64,000 bases of DNA from Alloascoidea hylecoeti (GCA_001600815.1 BCKZ01000002.1:1310294-1374293), one strand, 5' to 3'; numbered from the stretch's first letter, positions 36,510 through 48,640 are shown. Notes: generated by a model not told the origin, from the sequence alone. Numbers and translations: made by a program.

Positions 36510-38117
36510 ATGGCAAGTTTAAGTGGGTCAAAAGACTCAACCCCTAACTTGAGACCTTATTATAACCCGGAGACTTTTAATGGTGATTATTCTGTAGTAT
36601 TTAGACCAGGAACTGGTGTGAGAACAAAGGCAGGACTTCCTATTGAAGTACCTTCACTTTCATCCAAAGGCGGCGGATCACAATCATATGAATCTACAAA
36701 AAGCTTTTGGAGTGATAATACGACAAAGCAAGGGATTTCTAAATTTTCAAGATCTAAAAGTATTAAAGTGTCTGATACTAGTATTCCGGATTTTGGAAGT
36801 TCTAAATCTTTTTCTGACTTAGAGTTTGGTGAGTATTTAGATATAGAAAACACCAATGAGATGTTACAAAAGTTGGCACACTCGTTCTTAAGAACATATT
36901 TAAAAACAATTGTTTCACAGCCCTTTGAAGTGAGTAGGCTCTTGGTGCAAATTGGATCGTTCCAAACGGGCCTATTGGCAACACCTAAATCACCTAGAAC
37001 ACCCAGAACACCTAGAACAGGGGATACTTCGGGATTACATGATTTGGCCACATCTGACTATAACAGTGAAAGTGAAGCAGAAGAAGAAAAAGGTCCTGGG
37101 TTCGGCTATAATGATGACTCTTCCTCTGATGATGATATGAGTTATTTTTCGCAGGTGAAGACGGATACCGCAGAACTGTCACGGCAAGCAGCGAAAAAAA
37201 GAATAGACCAAAAGAAAAGGAAAAGAACATCACACCCTTCAACCTTATCAAAAACGAAGAAAGGAGAAAAAGTTGATTCTGTGATACCATCTTCTGAATA
37301 TGCAATTCTGCCATTATCTTTACATGGTATAGATATCTTATCTGCTGTGTTAGCAAAAGAGGGAATAAGGGGCATTTGGAGAGCTTTGAACACCACATTT
37401 ATTCAAAACGTTTTATCTTCAACATTAGAAGCTTGGCTATCAGGATTCTTATCACCATTTTTTTCAATTCCAGATCCATATTTCATTGATGCTGCACACT
37501 CTCCTGAACCAGGTACTACACTTTGTGTTTCATTGGCAGTATCTGTCCTCACGTCATTAGCTATGGTTCCACTTGATCTAATCAGAACTCGAATGATTGT
37601 GACTTCAGTGGCTGAAGGACCAAGATCGGTTAGAGATTCAGTGAAGAAATTAAAATCTTATACCTGTCCTAAACAATTACTATTTCCAACAATATTACAT
37701 TCTTTTGCTGTTTCATTGGTTAGAAAGGGTTCACCTTATGTTCTTTATGTTAAAATGGGAATAGATAGCTACACAATGCCAGCAGTCTACAACTTTCTTA
37801 CATTGATTTCAAATATCGTTGAATTATTTGTCAGATTACCATTAGAGACGGTTCTTAGGCGCGCGCAAGTTCATTATTTGAGTAATGAGATTGAGAATTT
37901 GGACAGTAAAATGATTGTAAAACGGGATGTATACAAAGGTGTTATTCCAACAATGTTCTATATTATTTATAACAAAGATCCAGAAAATGAAAATAGAGGA
38001 GCTAAGGCATTATTTGCTGAATGGAAGGTTGGTTTAATTGGTGTTGTCAGTAGTTGGGGTATGAATGTAGTGCGACATGTCTATGATGATGTTAGTTTAA
38101 AAGAAGAAAAATTTTAA
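36510..38117 (+). CDS. UGO1: Mitochondrial outer-membrane fusion protein Ugo1 (degenerate mitochondrial carrier fold)
   Basis: LRPYYNPETF, QPFEVSRLLVQIG, EGIRGIWRALNTTF, PLDLIRTRMIVT and LPLETVLRRAQ. First ATG at 36510. Confidence 0.92.
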   Translation: MASLSGSKDSTPNLRPYYNPETFNGDYSVVFRPGTGVRTKAGLPIEVPSLSSKGGGSQSYESTKSFWSDNTTKQGISKFSRSKSIKVSDTSIPDFGSSKSFSDLEFGEYLDIENTNEMLQKLAHSFLRTYLKTIVSQPFEVSRLLVQIGSFQTGLLATPKSPRTPRTPRTGDTSGLHDLATSDYNSESEAEEEKGPGFGYNDDSSSDDDMSYFSQVKTDTAELSRQAAKKRIDQKKRKRTSHPSTLSKTKKGEKVDSVIPSSEYAILPLSLHGIDILSAVLAKEGIRGIWRALNTTFIQNVLSSTLEAWLSGFLSPFFSIPDPYFIDAAHSPEPGTTLCVSLAVSVLTSLAMVPLDLIRTRMIVTSVAEGPRSVRDSVKKLKSYTCPKQLLFPTILHSFAVSLVRKGSPYVLYVKMGIDSYTMPAVYNFLTLISNIVELFVRLPLETVLRRAQVHYLSNEIENLDSKMIVKRDVYKGVIPTMFYIIYNKDPENENRGAKALFAEWKVGLIGVVSSWGMNVVRHVYDDVSLKEEKF

Positions 38118-39116
38118 GATATAATAATATGCTACTCTATCATGATCATGTCAAACTATTTGTTGTGGGTGGTGCAATTGGTTGATCGATTCGATTGATA
38201 TTTTGTCTTTCTTCATTTAAGTTTCAATTATAGGATTAAATTTGGTATTGATAGGTGCGAGTATAACTTATACATTGAAATTGAAGTCGCAATCGTTTTT
38301 ATAATTTTCTGTTTATAAAGTGTTTGGTTTTTGATTTCTTGGCCTGTCAATTAATACAATTATAAATAACCCTATCTCATTGTTGCAAATCTGCAGCTGA
38401 CTATCTTAATAATCCTAGTGCTCGAGTATATTTTTTTTCGATTTTTAGTTGGTTTTGGGATTCAGATTATTTAATACTTGATTGTGTAGGTCAGAATTCC
38501 AGTTTAAGAATGGTTGTAGATGTAAAAGACCTGCTATCAAATCTAGAATAGTAAGCTTTTATATAAATTTAAGTGTCTCATCAATAGATTTGAAATTCTA
38601 TATATCGTGACAATATCATATATTTCCATGGGGATATACAAGTTTAATAATGATATCAGTATTAAAATACGAAATTATCGCCTCTCTTCTTACAATATTT
38701 ATTATTCTCGGACAGGCTTATATGGGCGTGTAACAAAACAGCAGCAAATATCGGCCGTATTTGATAAAAGTAGAAGGCAACAGGACTTATCAAAGGCGGC
38801 TATTGAAGAACAATTCAATTGAAACATTTAAAATTTGATCGATAGTTTTAAAGTTTCCGTATCATGAAAGCGACCCCAAATTTAGAACAATACTTGTAAC
38901 AATAGTAATTATCATTAAATAGAATAATTAGTATGTAGTTAGTAACGAGTGTTTAAGCAATTGAAGCTTGAATCGATATAAATATTTATGCTCCCCCAAA
39001 GAACAAAGACAGTAAATGGCATTATAATCTTGTAGTATGTATATCTAGAATGCGAGTAAATGTTAGGGTCATATTTGTTGTCCACGCAAAAGGGATCAAG
39101 GCTCATCTAGCTTGCA

Positions 39117-39180
39117 TTTCTTCTCCTCCTCCTCCTCCTCCTTCTCCTTCTTCAGCTTCTTTTTCCTCCCCTCCTTCTTT
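39117..39180. repeat. Pyrimidine (CTC/CTT) low-complexity tract upstream of TLG1
   Basis: TTCTCCTCCTCCTCCTCCTCCTTCTCCTTCTTC read directly. Confidence 0.7.
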
Positions 39181-39273
39181 ACTTGAATAGGCTCTGCTCA
39201 TCAAATAAACTGCCCATATTCACTCTTATTAATACTTACTTCTTAGTTAGATCTATCATAATCTAAATTAGAC

Positions 39274-39975
39274 ATGGATCCTTTTCAACAAGTCTCAGTT
39301 GATGCAGAGGACAGACTACAAACATTACGTTCGATAGTTAAAGAGGTACATTATGGACGTGGCGCCAACCCATATGGTCTTAGTTATGTTGATGAGTTAA
39401 AACAAGATTTTAGGAACAACCTGATGGAGTTACAAGGAATATTTCAAGATATGAAATCTGCAATTGCAACATCAGCAACTAATCCAGAAGATTTTGGTCT
39501 TGATGAGGAGGAGGTTGAAGATAGACGAGAGTCTATACAGAAAATGGAAACGGATATGAATAATGTTATTGCAGCATTCAATAGGAAGCTTCATGAGAAT
39601 CCTCCCCAAAGATATACAGATAATCCAATGGAAAGTGAGGACGACGATGTTAGTGAGGAAAATGCATACAGAGTTTATAACGACTATGAGCAGACCGAGG
39701 CGCTTCGTGAACAGGATAACCAGCTAGCTCATGTGTTTACTACAGTAGAAAACCTCCGTACGCAGGCTATTATGATGTCAGGCGAATTAGACGACCAGGC
39801 GATTTTAGTAGATGACTTTGATGTGGATATCGAGAGGGTTCAGGGCAAATTGGACCGAGGAATGGGGCGGGTGAAAACGATTATAAAGGAAAATGAGGAG
39901 TCCTTTAGCACTTGTTGTATTAGCTTTCTTGTTTTGTGTCTGATATCTTTACTGGTATTGTTGTTAATATTGTAG
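39274..39975 (+). CDS. TLG1: Syntaxin-6-type t-SNARE Tlg1, 233 aa
   Basis: MDPFQQV start, NPEDFGLDEEEVEDRR, SNARE motif REQDNQL...ELDDQ and a C-terminal TM segment preceded by CC. Confidence 0.9.
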   Translation: MDPFQQVSVDAEDRLQTLRSIVKEVHYGRGANPYGLSYVDELKQDFRNNLMELQGIFQDMKSAIATSATNPEDFGLDEEEVEDRRESIQKMETDMNNVIAAFNRKLHENPPQRYTDNPMESEDDDVSEENAYRVYNDYEQTEALREQDNQLAHVFTTVENLRTQAIMMSGELDDQAILVDDFDVDIERVQGKLDRGMGRVKTIIKENEESFSTCCISFLVLCLISLLVLLLIL

Positions 39976-40222
39976 AAAATAGGAGTGAGTTCCCATCCGC
40001 CCGATATGGTCGGTCCGAACCTAGTACTATATACCTTAATATATGCATGACACTACGGGTGAAAAGTTTTTGATCGGTACGCTTACCAACCATATGCGTC
40101 AAGATTTTTTCCTGTCTCACATCTTTATTATTTTCTATTTTTCGAGCTGCCAATCGACTTTTTGTAGCTAACCGTCTTTCTTTTTGTCCCGGACCCTAAA
40201 GCATAACAACCCATCCCAATAA

Positions 40223-41547
40223 ATGGTCGATAAATCTTCCCTCCCAGAGAAGCAACACATTGTTATCGTTGGTATGTATTAATATTCCTTTTGGACCCCT
40301 GCGCCGAAGGGTGACATAAACTATATTACAGCTCATTCTAATAGACGGATTTGATAGGAGCGGGGATTATTGGTGTCTGTACTGCTTATTATATAACCCG
40401 TCATCCCAACTTCTCGCCTTATGACCACCACATCACAATATTAGAGTCTAAACGTGTCGCTGGTGGGGCAAGCGGCCGAGCAGGAGGATTGCTAGCTCTA
40501 TGGGCTTTCCCACAACAAATTGTACCCCTTTCTTTTCAACTACATCAAGAGTTAGCCGATGAGTATAACGGTGGAGATGAATGGGGTTATAGGCGATTGA
40601 CAACCGTTTCAGTTGAAGGAAACATTCAAAAAATAATACCAAATACGGAAAGCTCACATGCTGACTCAATTCGAAAAAATAGTAGAATCACAAAATCTCC
40701 ACCAAAAGTATTATTACCGAAAGATCTGGATTGGATACAAAGTGATATAGTAAACGGTTGGTCATCTTTAGGTGGTAAAGATTCAACAGCGCAAGTTCAT
40801 CCATATAAATTCACCAATTTTATATTGAAAAAGGCTATGGAAACAGGCGCAGTAGATTTGATCATTGGAAAAGCACAATCAATCAGCTACTCAAAAGAAA
40901 ATGGTTCTGCTGAATCTGTCACATATGTCCCCAGTGCAGCCAAAGAAACAGCCAATCCTGATGTTAAACCTATCACTTTAGAAGCAGATAAAATCATTAT
41001 GTCTGTTGGTCCATGGACATCCAAAATTCTTCCAGATTGTCCCATAAGTGGATTAAGGGCACATTCAATAACGATCTCTACTAAAAAAAATGTTACTCCA
41101 TACGCCATCTTTACAGAGTTAAAAGTTGGTAGGAATAAATACGTATCTCCAGAAATATATGCTCGAGTAGATGAAGTATACGTGTGTGGGGAAGGAGATA
41201 CATTAGTTAATGTTCCCGAAACTACAGATGATGTTGAAGTAGTACGAGAGAAATGTGATGAATTATTTGAACAAGCCGGAAAAATTTCAAGGGAACTAGC
41301 ACAAGGGACTATTTTAAAAAGACAAGCATGTTATCTACCGGTATTAGACGTTCCATCTTCTTCTGGCCCACTAATAGGAGAAACTAATGTTGAAAATTTA
41401 TATCTTGCTAGTGGACATAGCTGTTGGGGAATAAATAATGCACCAGCGACGGGCAAACTGATGGCGGAATTACTATTTGATGGAGAAATACATAGTGCAG
41501 ATATTAGTGCTTTAGATCCAAGTATCTATTTTGATGCAAGTGCTTAA
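40223..41547 (+). CDS. TDA3: FAD-dependent oxidoreductase (DAO family), Tda3/Btn3 type; exons 40223-40271 and 40358-41547, 412 aa
   Basis: Splicing of 40272-40357 gives the Rossmann motif HIVIVGAGIIG. Also VAGGASGRAGGLLA, TAQVHPYKF, QACYLP and ASGHSCWGINNAPATG. Confidence 0.9.
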
Positions 41548-43534
41548 CTGCTAATAACGATAATAATACACATGCTAATCTTTCTTCATATATTTAAAAT
41601 CGTTTAAATTTAGGCCGAGGATGTAATACTACAAGTGCTGGAAAAAATCAAAGATAACAAAAACCTTATAATATTAAGTGTAAATTATTGCCCAAAATAC
41701 TCAATTTCAATAATTTGCTCTATGTCAAAACAAAAATTCGACGGTAAAATAAATAGAATATGTTAGTATAAATTTATCCATAGATATACTTATATTCACT
41801 TTTCTGTCCTTCTTTATCTACAGGCTAAATAAATAAATAGGTTACTTCAGTTTATGGTAACATTAAAATTAATGACATTACCTCTTTTTAATTATTCTGC
41901 CTCGGGAATCACACACTTCCGATCCTGAAAAAAATTCTGATTTGGACCGACATCCAGTCATTCTGATTCAACAGCTTCGAATTCATTATCACACCATTCA
42001 AATGTAGCGGTTTCATTATCGGATATCACAACATCAGCAGTCTCATCGACTCTCATGAATCAATCATAGATTTGCTATATGTTCCTTAATTAACATTGTT
42101 ATCTCATTATTGGATGTTAATCATGGATTAACAACATTAAACCTTACGCGTTTTGATGCTGCATCGTTATACCCATTTATGGTATCATCATTATCATAAT
42201 CATTATTATAATTAGCATGTGTATTTTTTGCAAGATATCAGATCTAGAATCTTAAGTTTGATTCTTGAAAGATTTGTATTATCATTTATTAAGTGTTTTC
42301 CGTTACTGTTCACAGGTTCAGATGGATTAATTGATCTATAATAAGCATTGGTCAAAGCTGCCAAATTGGGGTTTTGCATGAGAAGGTTACTAGATACTTG
42401 CAACTGGTTGAGGAAAAATTTTCCCTACGTTCCCGTATTATTTAGATAAAAGACCCTGCTTATTTAAACTCAGCTCTATCAACCAAAATTAGATCAAATT
42501 TAAAGGCATACCAGTAATTTCTTCTTGTAAGTATATGTAGCACCTTGAAAATTATATATCAATATAGTTAACAAGAAGTACTAAATTTATATTGATATAG
42601 AATGTTATTGACTGATTAATAATAGTCAAATTCAAATTCACTTTGATTTTTGTATATTCCTCTTCCACTTTTAAATATCCTTAACCGATGAAAATAAGAA
42701 GTTGCATAATTTTATCGAATGGGTCAGATTGATTGCAGCTCGGTCGAGAGTAATGTGGTGACTACTGGTACATTCATGCATTAATTAAGAAAGGATACAC
42801 TCAATAATTATATCATATATTAATTAATCCGAAACGAAGTATAACACTTATTGGTTAAATTCATTTCTCAAAATCTCCGAAACTCAACCATCGATGAAAA
42901 ATTGTGTTTAATTATAATCGTCTAATTAATGATTATATGATATATATAGTAATGAAAATACAAAAAAACAATTAGAATTCGAATAAAGAATACAAAATGC
43001 GGTATATATAAAAAAAATATCATCTATCTCCATAAATAAATCAAAAAACAATTGCAAAATACAAAATAACAATCAGCAGTATATGTGAAGGAAAAAAAAA
43101 ATAGTATGTATATATAAATATCAAGATTTCAGACGATAAAAGTATATCGTTATATATAAGAAAAAAGGAATGAAAAGAAAATAGAAGAATAGTTAAGTTG
43201 AAGATGGGGCCCCGGGAAAAAGAGATCAAAAAACTATGACAACTGCATGTAATATTCCTTTTTGAATTTTTGAATCCTTGAGTCCTTGAAACTTAAAACT
43301 TTCAATCTTTAAATATATTTGTATAAAGTTGCTGGTTGAATTGAGTAGACGATTACCGAGGTCCAGTTAACACTCAGCCAGTAATACTATAACACAGTTG
43401 AAAGTAAAATATATGGTAGCCAATAATTGATAGTTATTAGATATAATGCGTCGATTTCATGAATGATCAAAAAAAAAAAAAAAAGAGAGTAAAAAATTAA
43501 AAAAATTAAAAAAATTAAAATAAAAACTGGATTA

Positions 43535-45154
43535 TTACGTTCGATCTGGTGACCAGTTTAGCCCCAATCTTCCATATATATTAGACTGAATATGTGTCCA
43601 AATCTGCTGTTTCTCCGTTTTACTTAAAGTTACTTTTTGTTTATTCATAGTAGGAGGTGGGATAGGAGCAGATCTTGATTTTGATAATAAAGCCTTTCGT
43701 AATAAAAATTTAGACGGATGAATTTTATGAACCGATTTCATAGATGGTGGTTCCATATGATGTGATGATGATTGTATTCCAAGAATTTTTTCTTTTTCCT
43801 GTTTAGCTTGTTTGCATGCCATTTTAAATTCGGTACGTGTTTGCGCTTCACAACCTAAATTTAATAAATAATTTTCTATAATATTTCGCCATTCGGGTTT
43901 CGATAATATTCGTGATGCTTCTAAAGAATCTGGTAGTAATAAAGAGTCATTCTCACCACATGCATCGTCTTCGTCATCAATTATCATTGCATTTGGGTCG
44001 TTCTCCCGATCTCTTTGCAATAATTTCCTTCGTTGTTTCTCAAGCATAATATGTCGTAATCGAGCTGCTTGGACTGTATATTTTGCAGTTTGGATTAAAA
44101 ATTTCTCATCAAATTGTTGTTCTTTGTAAATACCTGAAGTTACCAAAGTTTGAATAATTTGATTATCAGTTGCATCTAAAGGAAGATGTATCACCCGAAA
44201 ACCGGGGGGTTGATAAACAATAGGAATATGGCCATTCCATTCAGGTTTTAACTTATCAACAATAAGTAGTGATCGTATATCATTTATCTGCCAGTCAACT
44301 AGATCTCTTTGCGTGAAAGCAGGACGTCCATTTGGAAGTAAAAGTTGTGGATTTGTTATAATTTCTTCAGTGTACATATCTGCAAAAGAAGTAGGAATAA
44401 CATCTTCTAGAGACACCAAAGGAGCCACAGAACTTTCAGCAGAATACATCTCATTATAGGACTCATTTATATATTGTGGTTGCTTCCTGTTTTGTTGTTG
44501 ATATTGTTGCTGTATTTGTTGCGGGTGTTGAAAACTAGAACCTGTAGACACCGTGGATAAGGATTCTCTATCATTTGACGAAAACAAAGAATTTTCATAA
44601 TATGAAGACTGCTCCGTACTGGTAGTTGATGTTCTTGAAAGAAAAGAATTGTCAGACGGTGAGACTAAACTTTCTGATGATGGTCGATTAACAAATTCTT
44701 GAGATTTATTGCTACCCATGCGTCTCAGGGACAAGGTAGATAATCCAAAAATCTTGCTCTTTTGGGATTGAGTAGAAACTGGCGGGTGTATTTCACTGAT
44801 GGAGTCATCGTTTGAAGAAGGAGTTATTGTTTTGATGGAGGTGATGGTCGATTTTGATGATATGGAAGAATTCGAAGTCGATCGCCTCAACTCCAAATGT
44901 GGCTCCTCTTCCAAAATCTGGACACCACTAGTGGAAGCCCTCGCCGAATTATCAGCAAACGGGGGGGCATCGACAGGTTGAGGAGCAGCGATCTTTTGTT
45001 TTGAACGATAGAGCCTTAGCTTTGGGATGGAGGCACCGGAGGAGGTATTTGTGTCTTGGATGGACTGAAGTTGCGAAGCGATCTCTTTTCTCGCTCTCGC
45101 GGTGAACATAGGTGGGGGAGCACCAGCATTCGGACGGTTTAGTGGAATAAACAT
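43535..45154 (-). CDS. STD1: Std1/Mth1-family glucose-signalling corepressor, 539 aa
   Basis: PPMFTARARKEI, SLEDVIP..F.DMY, NGRPAFTQRDLVDWQINDIRSLLIVDKLKPEW, FLIQTAKYTV and LSKPEWRNIIENYLLNLGCEAQ. Likely the single pre-WGD STD1/MTH1 orthologue. Confidence 0.92.
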   Translation of the reverse strand: MFIPLNRPNAGAPPPMFTARARKEIASQLQSIQDTNTSSGASIPKLRLYRSKQKIAAPQPVDAPPFADNSARASTSGVQILEEEPHLELRRSTSNSSISSKSTITSIKTITPSSNDDSISEIHPPVSTQSQKSKIFGLSTLSLRRMGSNKSQEFVNRPSSESLVSPSDNSFLSRTSTTSTEQSSYYENSLFSSNDRESLSTVSTGSSFQHPQQIQQQYQQQNRKQPQYINESYNEMYSAESSVAPLVSLEDVIPTSFADMYTEEIITNPQLLLPNGRPAFTQRDLVDWQINDIRSLLIVDKLKPEWNGHIPIVYQPPGFRVIHLPLDATDNQIIQTLVTSGIYKEQQFDEKFLIQTAKYTVQAARLRHIMLEKQRRKLLQRDRENDPNAMIIDDEDDACGENDSLLLPDSLEASRILSKPEWRNIIENYLLNLGCEAQTRTEFKMACKQAKQEKEKILGIQSSSHHMEPPSMKSVHKIHPSKFLLRKALLSKSRSAPIPPPTMNKQKVTLSKTEKQQIWTHIQSNIYGRLGLNWSPDRT

Positions 45155-45300
45155 GGTTGTGTGAACAGAAGTGAGAAGTGTGTCGACACTATATTTCGGC
45201 CCAGGGAATTATAATGGTTACTTCGTTGTTGTTGGATTTGTCGGTGTTTGTCTAAAGTCGTGGAAAGTAAAAAAACATGGAGGGAAACAGAAAAAGATGC

Positions 45301-45679
45301 CGGATCAATATTTTCCGCCGTCTGGATAAATGTCCAGAATGCAGATCTCCGGGAAAGGAGATTTCCGAACAATCCGGAAAATTATGGTTGTCAGATGGCG
45401 TGGGGTGATGCAGGGATGCGTATGTACTCAGGCATATCGGGCCAGATGGAGTCCCACCTGAGATACATTCCTGTCCTATAGCGTCATTCACCCCGGTTTG
45501 TCCGAGATCTGTTTCAATCCTCACTTCCAATAGGCCAGCAAATGATCCGCACCGCGCACGTGACCGTGCGCATGATACAATTTGATTATAAATCGGATAT
45601 CCAGTAGCTCGGATTCCGCATACCGTACGCGTCCACGCAAGCTTAGCGTACGAGCGTGGACGGGCCCGTGATCGGAACA
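45301..45679. promoter_or_regulatory. Cluster of six CGGANNA (Rgt1-type) sites plus SYGGRG (Mig1-type) sites upstream of STD1/MTH1
   Basis: CGGANNA on either strand at 45301, 45311, 45375, 45498, 45543 and 45673. GTGGGG at 45400 and CCGGGG (reverse complement) at 45491. Confidence 0.55.
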
Positions 45680-47216
45680 ATATGCAAATGATAATCAAAG
45701 TTCGGAAATTTGTTTGCAATTGCTCTGAAATGTGAAGATACATTTAAGTTTATATTGGAAATAACAATAAAAATATAAAAACTACCTATTCAATGTTACG
45801 ATGCAATTGTATCACTCGATGCACTAATTTTAGTGCGGGGCGAACTCCAATCTGACTATGGTAACGAGATGTGGCAAATAAAAAATATTTACACCAACAT
45901 TAGTACTACCATCACGCTTATGACGCTCATATAAGAGCTATAGCGATGTATCCCATCTGTTTGTTTTGATTTTCAATTGTGCCCAAATCTTTCCATGAGA
46001 TTAGCTAGATATCGTCAATTTGTGGTGTATTGTCAGTAATTAATTAGCCTTTTCTTTAAACATCCTTACCGATTAGTGGAAAAACTGTGGATGTGCCATG
46101 GATGGCCACTAATATTAGTAATGGATAAAAAGATTAACGCAGGAAGTCTGATATAAAATCTGTCCTATTCAACCTAAATATATTTTTTCTTCCTATGTAT
46201 TAATCTTAAACGTTAGAAAAAATAAGACATATCCTCATATACGATCAATAATTTTGACAAAATACTCAATTGCAAAAATGCAAGCTATAATTATATATTT
46301 AGCTATTTTTAAAACATTTAACGAGTCAAGCAATTGATTGTGGTAACAGAACATTAACATAAGATCTTATACATAATATTAATATAAAATAAATGAGGGT
46401 TCTTTATAAGAAATTACCCTTTTCCAATGATTCCCTGCGTATATAGATGCATACATAGCTGTATAATGATATGTATCACGAACAAATTTTATTTGAAGGT
46501 TCATTCTTTTTCGAAACTATAGCTAAGGAATACTTTTTTTTAGATATAAATACACATAAAGATTAGATAATGTTAAATTCAATTGCTCGGCCTTACTTTC
46601 TATAAAAAAAAAAAAAAAGTAGTTGATTAATATTGCTTTCCAGATCTAGTAAAGAAGTGATTAATCAAAAATGTTGTAACCTGAAGATGGAAACTGTAAC
46701 AGCCGCAGAGTTTATGAATTCAATTATGATTAAACATATTTTTACAAACTTTAAAGTGGATATAGATCTACCACATGTATTATTAATACAACAGCACCTT
46801 CTTATACATAATTAAACTTCAAATTCTGGAAATAATTCAAAATCAAAAGAAGGTTAAGATTAGAAATTCTCTTCTACAAATTCTTTTCTTCTAGAGCTTA
46901 TACTTAATGATCATCATAAATTATCCCCTAATGAAAAGATGATTCATATTGGCATTTATTCAACTGTAACTATAGTCCTCCTTGGAAAGAACAAATTTGA
47001 TTAATCGATACGTAACATAATACCAATTGCAAGGTGGATTCCACATGTGCACAACAAATATCCTTTGACCACCCTAATTCCTAAAAGTACAATGATTTTA
47101 AAGTATTAAGGTACATGCTGATTATGACATAGCCTGGGTTTGATCGTCCATCAATTTCTCATTTCATCTGATGCCTCTATTGAAGATTATTTTGTTGTTT
47201 TGTTGTGGGAAACAAA

Positions 47217-47229
47217 CACGTGTCACGTG
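47217..47229. promoter_or_regulatory. Tandem E-boxes CACGTG-T-CACGTG (Cbf1/bHLH type) upstream of the complex I subunit gene
   Basis: Two exact CACGTG within 13 bp, ~140 bp upstream of the ATG, with a CCAAT at ~47275. Confidence 0.45.
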
Positions 47230-47361
47230 GATTAAATGCGTACAAATGTCACAACCCCGTGCCGTTTAGTTCAACCAATTAACGTGTCCGTTTATTCCTT
47301 TACATCTCTACTGCAATAATTAAAACCTCTCACTACCAAGATATAAGCAAAAATCATCATA

Positions 47362-47755
47362 ATGGTTCTAACAAAAATGCCTGATCTTCGTATGTACTAC
47401 TTAAATTAGATTTAGAATTGTTATTGTTTTTAATGGTTCTGTTTTTCCTTCTTTTTGTTAATTGTTTATTTTTTTAATACTAACAAATTTGATTTTCCTT
47501 TAATTAGTTCCACAGGAGGAAATGAGAAAGAATAATATTCCACTTGCTTATAGGGATAGGTGTGCAACATTATGGGTCCCATTAGAGAAATGTAGGAGAG
47601 AATCGAAATTTCTTCCATGGAAATGCTCACAAGAAAAGCATGATTATGAACAATGTCAATATATGGATTTTGAACGAAGAATGGAAGAATTAAAACAAAT
47701 CAAAGCAAGAGAATCAAGAATAGCTTCTGAAAAATCCAAAGCCGCTGAAAACTAA
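47362..47755 (+). CDS. NADH:ubiquinone oxidoreductase B18 subunit (NDUFB7/NB8M); exons 47362-47389 and 47508-47755, 91 aa
   Basis: Intron 47390-47507 (GTATGT..TACTAAC..TAG). Twin CX9C pattern in QEEMRKNNIPLAYRDRCATLWVPLEKCRR...PWKCSQEKHDYEQCQYMDFERRM. Confidence 0.92.
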
Positions 47756-48299
47756 TTTGAAAATAAAACAAATCCAAAAAAATCAAAATTATACACTTAA
47801 AATGTATGCTTTTGGAGATTAATTTCAGTGAAATTTAACTCATCGATCTATTTGAGTATGGGGGAAATATGTACAATTGTAATGGTTTATTATATTCAGA
47901 ACTTTATTTGTAATCCATTTATGTCTAGTCTAGTCTAGTATATTAGAGAGTTTTATCATTTAGGGCTAGATGTACGATTAGCATTAATATTGTTCATACT
48001 TTTTTGCATCAAAAAATCAACATTTATTTAATATAACGAATCTTTTATCATCATTCATTTTTTGCTTATACTTATAGTTATAAAATATATAATTAAAGGA
48101 TATATAAATCATATATCAAATCGGAAGCCAATCTTCAGCTATAAATACATGTACCACCTTTTGTTCTCTATTAATAATTTACAATCAATAAATTACGCAT
48201 ACTGAATATTATAAAAGATGCACTTATTGTATTTTCACCAAAATGACAATTATATCCAACTGTTTTCATTAAAAATGTTGTTAAAATTCTATACAGCGG

Positions 48300-48640
48300 C
48301 CGTTTGGGGTGTAACAAGTAGCATTTTTCATTAAAGCTTCATTCATCAACATTTAGTTTAATTGGTTTTCTCAAAACATGTACCATGTATAATCTTCAAT
48401 TTGAATTACCTCCATATGATCATCTAAAGGAGCTACAATATCTCTTGCATAATTAGCAATAGCAATGAAAATAACTTAAGATAAATCAACACGAAATCTA
48501 ATATAATGATCAGTAAAAGTACTATTTTGTTCAGGATCTAAAACTTCTAACATTGTAGCAGATGGATCACCATGAATTGATTTAGCGCCATCAATTTCAT
48601 TTAATAAAATAACTGAATTCATAGATGTGCTAAAGCCGTG
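48300..48640 (-). pseudogene. Lon protease (probably peroxisomal type) AAA-domain pseudogene fragment
   Basis: [49 protein letters not shown]...PLDDHMEVIQIEDY matches the Lon Walker B to sensor region. It has in-frame stops, DEID changed to NEID and DRME changed to DHME. No N-domain, Walker A or protease domain is visible. Confidence 0.88.

Noticed and set aside
45139..45743. Short ORFs upstream of STD1/MTH1
   Set aside because: GC-rich promoter DNA with no protein-like features.
46600..47100. Coding-like stretch upstream of the complex I gene
   Set aside because: No motif could be assigned in any frame examined.
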